Positions 14,229-64,000 of a DNA stretch of 64,000 nt are shown piece after piece. The notes under the pieces were generated by a model. It was not told where the DNA came from, did no database searches, and saw only the letters and a list, made by a program, of their open reading frames with translations. The translations under genes and the position numbers were made by a program. How positions within the stretch are numbered: position 1 is the first letter of the stretch; each line of letters opens with the position of its first letter. The stretch comes from Leucoraja ocellata (lineage: Eukaryota): positions 7,316,001-7,380,000 of the forward strand of contig JAWMAR010000034.1 of NCBI GenBank assembly GCA_036785375.1. Direction: 5' to 3'.

Positions 14229-14405
14229 CAAAGATAGACACGAAATGCTGGAGTAACTTGGCGTGTCAGGCAGCATCTCTGGAGAAAATTGATAGGAGAT
14301 GTTTCGGGTTCGAACCCTTCTGCAGACTCGAAGACACCTATCCATTTCCTCCAAGGGGTGCTGCCTGGCCCGCCAAGTTACTGCAGCATTTTGTGTTTAT
14401 CTTTG
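14229..14405. mobile_element. Penelope-derived inverted (fold-back) mini-element with a degenerate hammerhead-like core on the minus strand (14298-14325)
   Basis: Arms caaagatagacacgaaatgctggagtaac.. and ..gttactgcagcattttgtgtttatctttg are inverted copies. Confidence 0.75.
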
Positions 14406-15524
14406 ATTTTTGGTGATTTTTATTGTGGCATTAGCAATATTTTTGAAAACATGTTTATGTCAGAGCAATTTCTATCACAGTCTTTTCCCAATCGTGTGTC
14501 ATTCTTTGGTGATAGATAATCAAGTGTTGCAATAGAAAGCCGAGTACAAATATCTGCATAGGCCCTTCAATTTCATCATGTAAATTCTAGAATATTATTA
14601 TGAATTTGAATACATCAATATAGTGCATTACATAATTGTGCGGTTATGGCCTTACATTAAGGAATGCAAATTTTTGCAATTGACATTTTTCCTGCTTGTC
14701 TGGTCTTTCTCATCAGTTCCTTACAGTAGTCCGTTGATACTGTCGGTGTGTGGGTGAGCATAGTCCAAACAAAAGCTGACAAATGGTTACCCATTTTCAA
14801 CAAAGGCCCTCTGAACAGTTTATTGCAGCCAATATGAAGTAGCAGAGGAAAATCTAGTATCCTTTAAACGTCGGCATAATACCAAACCAAAGAATTCACA
14901 TGGAGATGGCTTGCTTTGTTCAAAAGAGCACAGAACGGAGGGACTTCTCACCTGCTGTTTTAGCTGCTGGGTTCCCCACTAATTACTTCATCTTTCACTG
15001 TCCTTTTAATAACCATTGACCAACAACAACATTCTCTATTTTCAGCTACACAATCCAAATCTCTTGCATACGCATACCACTTAATTATATTGAAGAAAAA
15101 GGATACAGATTAAAAACAAAGGCCTGGAAATTCTCTCATAGTGCCAGTGTTTTAGAACAAAAAATATTTTTAGAAAGTGAATGTGAGCTTTGTGTACTCT
15201 GGAGGTTAAGTTCACATCATTTATCCAAACAATACCAATGCTGGGCTTGCACATTGACGTCAAACAGTGCACATTTTGGAATAATTTGCAAGAAATCGTG
15301 CTGGGCAGATGAGGCTTGCAGTCCGTGACTTCACTCATATCGCAGGTGTTGAATAAGATTTGACATTTGCTTTTGACTTTTATTTAAATGGCCAAACATT
15401 ATATGGCCAGCTGATTGGGAGCCCATCTCCTCTAGGTAGGTGTTTATCTTGTATTTTCGCAATTATTTTTTCCACCTCTTCCTGTGTTGCCAATGTTTTT
15501 GACCCTAACCCATCTGATCATCTT

Positions 15525-15552
15525 CTGAAGAAGGGTTTCGGCCCGAAACGTT
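15525..15552 (+). ncRNA. Minimal hammerhead-ribozyme-like core in a ~95-nt Penelope-derived insert (15527-15619)
   Basis: CUGAAGA-A-GGGU(UUCG)GCCC-GAAA-CGUU; flanked by 12-bp direct repeat tgatcatcttct (15515-15526, 15620-15631); helix I not evident. Confidence 0.55.
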
Positions 15553-16520
15553 GCCTATTTCCTTCGCTCCATAGATGCTGCTGCACCCCTGAGTTTCTCC
15601 AGCTTTTTTTGTGTACCTTTGATCATCTTCTCAACTGCTTTGACACTATCTTCCCATCAATCTTCTGATATCTCTCTGATCAACTCTTCCAGGATATAAT
15701 ATTTTTTCCATTCCCTAAATTTGACCATTTCTACAATAGGACCATTGTGTTATGACCTTCTCAATTTGTTCCCTACCTTCTAAGATGTTCTCTGTCTCTA
15801 CCTCCACTATGCAGTGATTCTATTATTCCTCTCCACACAATCCCCTGCCCACCCCTTTCTGCTGATTTTCGTTTTCCCGGCCTCAATGAATTCCCTTCAT
15901 GATCTCTACCAATGTAATACGATGGGCATTTGCAGAGGAGCAGCCTTTGTGCCCATTTCCTCAAAACAAGGCCTTTTTAGCTATGCACATTGTCTTAGGG
16001 AGCCTCATGATAAAATACCTGGGGAGTAATAACTGAGAATATTGACTAAAACAGTAATATGTTCTATTCCAGACATATCACTGCTTTTCCTCAACATTGT
16101 ATTTGATTGCTATGTGTAAATCTACCACTTGGTAAATAAATATCCTTGATATTGTCCTTTCACCAGTGTAAGGTTAGAAAATGATAGCACAAGAAACAGC
16201 ACTGCCTGCATATCCCTGTAGAGTTGCTCATCACTTGTATTGTTGTTTCTTCACTGTTACTGGGTCTAAGTCTGTAACTTTCTACCCAACAACACAGTGA
16301 ATACTTTTACCAGCTGAGAATATTGACTTAAACAGTTCAAGTGGACTCACCTCTACATTATCAAGTGCAGTTAACACGGGGCTACAAGCAAGAATAATAT
16401 CCCATAAAATGAATGAAAAATCTTTATTGCAAAATACCAGGAAGTTGCATAAACATGTCTCTTTTTGTGACAATATTATCTAAAGATAACATAATCTGTA
16501 ACGACACTACTTAACACTAA

Positions 16521-62708
<46,188 letters not shown>

Positions 62709-62754
62709 GTATGTGTAAATATTTAATTCTGATCCCAATGTTAACCATTAAATG

Positions 62755-63861
62755 TTAAATAAAACTATCATTCCAACAACTACAATTAAAATTTAAATTG
62801 AAAAACAACCAATATTTTAAATATCTTCAGATTTGCGACTTTGTGAAAAAATATATACAAGGATATCAAAAAGTAACTCCTGACTTATTGGAAGAAGCAA
62901 TGAATATTGAAGCTGACTCACAAAAATTAATATCCTATTTATATAATAGTATTCTAAATATAGACCTACCATCGACAGAGGTACTTAGAGAAGAGTGGGA
63001 ACGGGAACTAATGATAAAAATTACGAAGGTTAAATGGGAAAAATACCTGATATATATTCACAAATGTTCAATTAATGTAAGACATAATCTAATACAATTT
63101 AAAATTGTACATAGATTATATTATTCAAAAACAAGATTGAACAAATTTTATCCAAATATATCCGCCACTTGTGATAAATGTCTAGCCCAAAAGGCAACTA
63201 TAACACACTCCTTAGTTTCCTGCATAAAACTTTATAGATTTTGGAATGATATTTTTGAAATACTTACAAAATTATTCAAGACAAGAATGGAACCCAATAC
63301 TGAAATGATTATATTTGGTGTAATGGAAGATGGGAATAAATTGAACGCGTCTCAAAATCTATTCCTTAATTATGGTTTAATAATAGCAAAAAAATTAATA
63401 CTTAAATTTTGGAAGGGTACATCTATACCAACGCTTAAAATGTGGATTGCAAGTATGTTGGACACCGCTCATCTTGAGGAAATGCGATTCCTCCTAATGG
63501 ATAAATCAGACCAATTCATAACGAGTTGGTCTCCATTCATCGTTTTTTTGGAATCATATGGTGCAACACAATTGTAAAAAATAACTGTTTCAGGACTGGA
63601 CGAGGGTTGGTCAAGACTATAAATAATGATCTCCTTTTCTTTTCACTATTTTCTCTCTCAACTTTCTTCATTTACTCGTTTTCTTTCTTCACACACTATA
63701 TATTACACATTTTTCTATCCTTTACTATCTAACTTCTTTTTCTTATTCTCATCTTTTTTCAATGTAACAAAAAAAAAAGAAGTTGTACATAAAATGTATT
63801 ATGAAAATAGATATTAGGCACTTTGGTGCCATATGACTGTGCTTACTTCTAATAAAATAAA

Positions 63862-63912
<51 letters not shown>
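62755..63912 (+). mobile_element. Young 5'-truncated L1-clade LINE: ORF2 C-terminus (zf-RVT/CCHC), T-rich 3' UTR, AATAAA and poly(A)
   Basis: Uninterrupted frame about 62762-63577 (LSFQQLQ..YLQI..IQFKIVHRLY..CDKC..THSLVSC); AATAAA at 63851; A46 at 63867-63912; TSD ccattaaatg at 62745-62754 and 63914-63923. Confidence 0.92.
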
Positions 63913-63914
<2 letters not shown>

Positions 63915-64000
63915 CATTAAATGGACAATTATTCGCCAGATTTATAATGAAATAGAGAAGTTCTGAACAAAATGATGTACATTTTTCAATATTAAATTCT

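Noticed and set aside
62798-63577. 259-aa ORF as a host gene or SIK3 exon
   Set aside because: It is an L1 ORF2 C-terminus, truncated at the 5' end and followed by poly(A) and a TSD.

Overview
AT-rich vertebrate genomic DNA, most likely from a cartilaginous fish (skate or ray; inferred from the repeat landscape). The window lies inside one + strand gene, SIK3 (salt-inducible kinase 3). I traced 18 consecutive GT-AG coding exons (16543-62708, 3251 nt, about 1084 codons, phases consistent throughout). They run from the kinase DFG motif through the UBA domain, the PKA/14-3-3 sites and the Gln-rich tail; the first exons and the final exon(s) lie outside the window. The introns are full of mobile DNA: Penelope-like (GIY-YIG) retroelements and many short derivatives carrying a minimal hammerhead-ribozyme-like core, two inverted Tc1 (DD34E) copies, PIF/Harbinger and hAT MITEs, a probable non-autonomous Helitron, HE1/V-SINE-like SINEs, CR1, Rex/Babar and RTE fragments, and a young 5'-truncated L1 inserted 46 nt after an exon. 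There is a 133-nt N gap at 6437-6569. The most interesting signals are the hammerhead-bearing Penelope-derived mini-elements, an internal duplication of the SIK3 PKA-site module, and the sense-strand L1 that could truncate SIK3. Repeat boundaries are approximate unless TSDs or TIRs are quoted.
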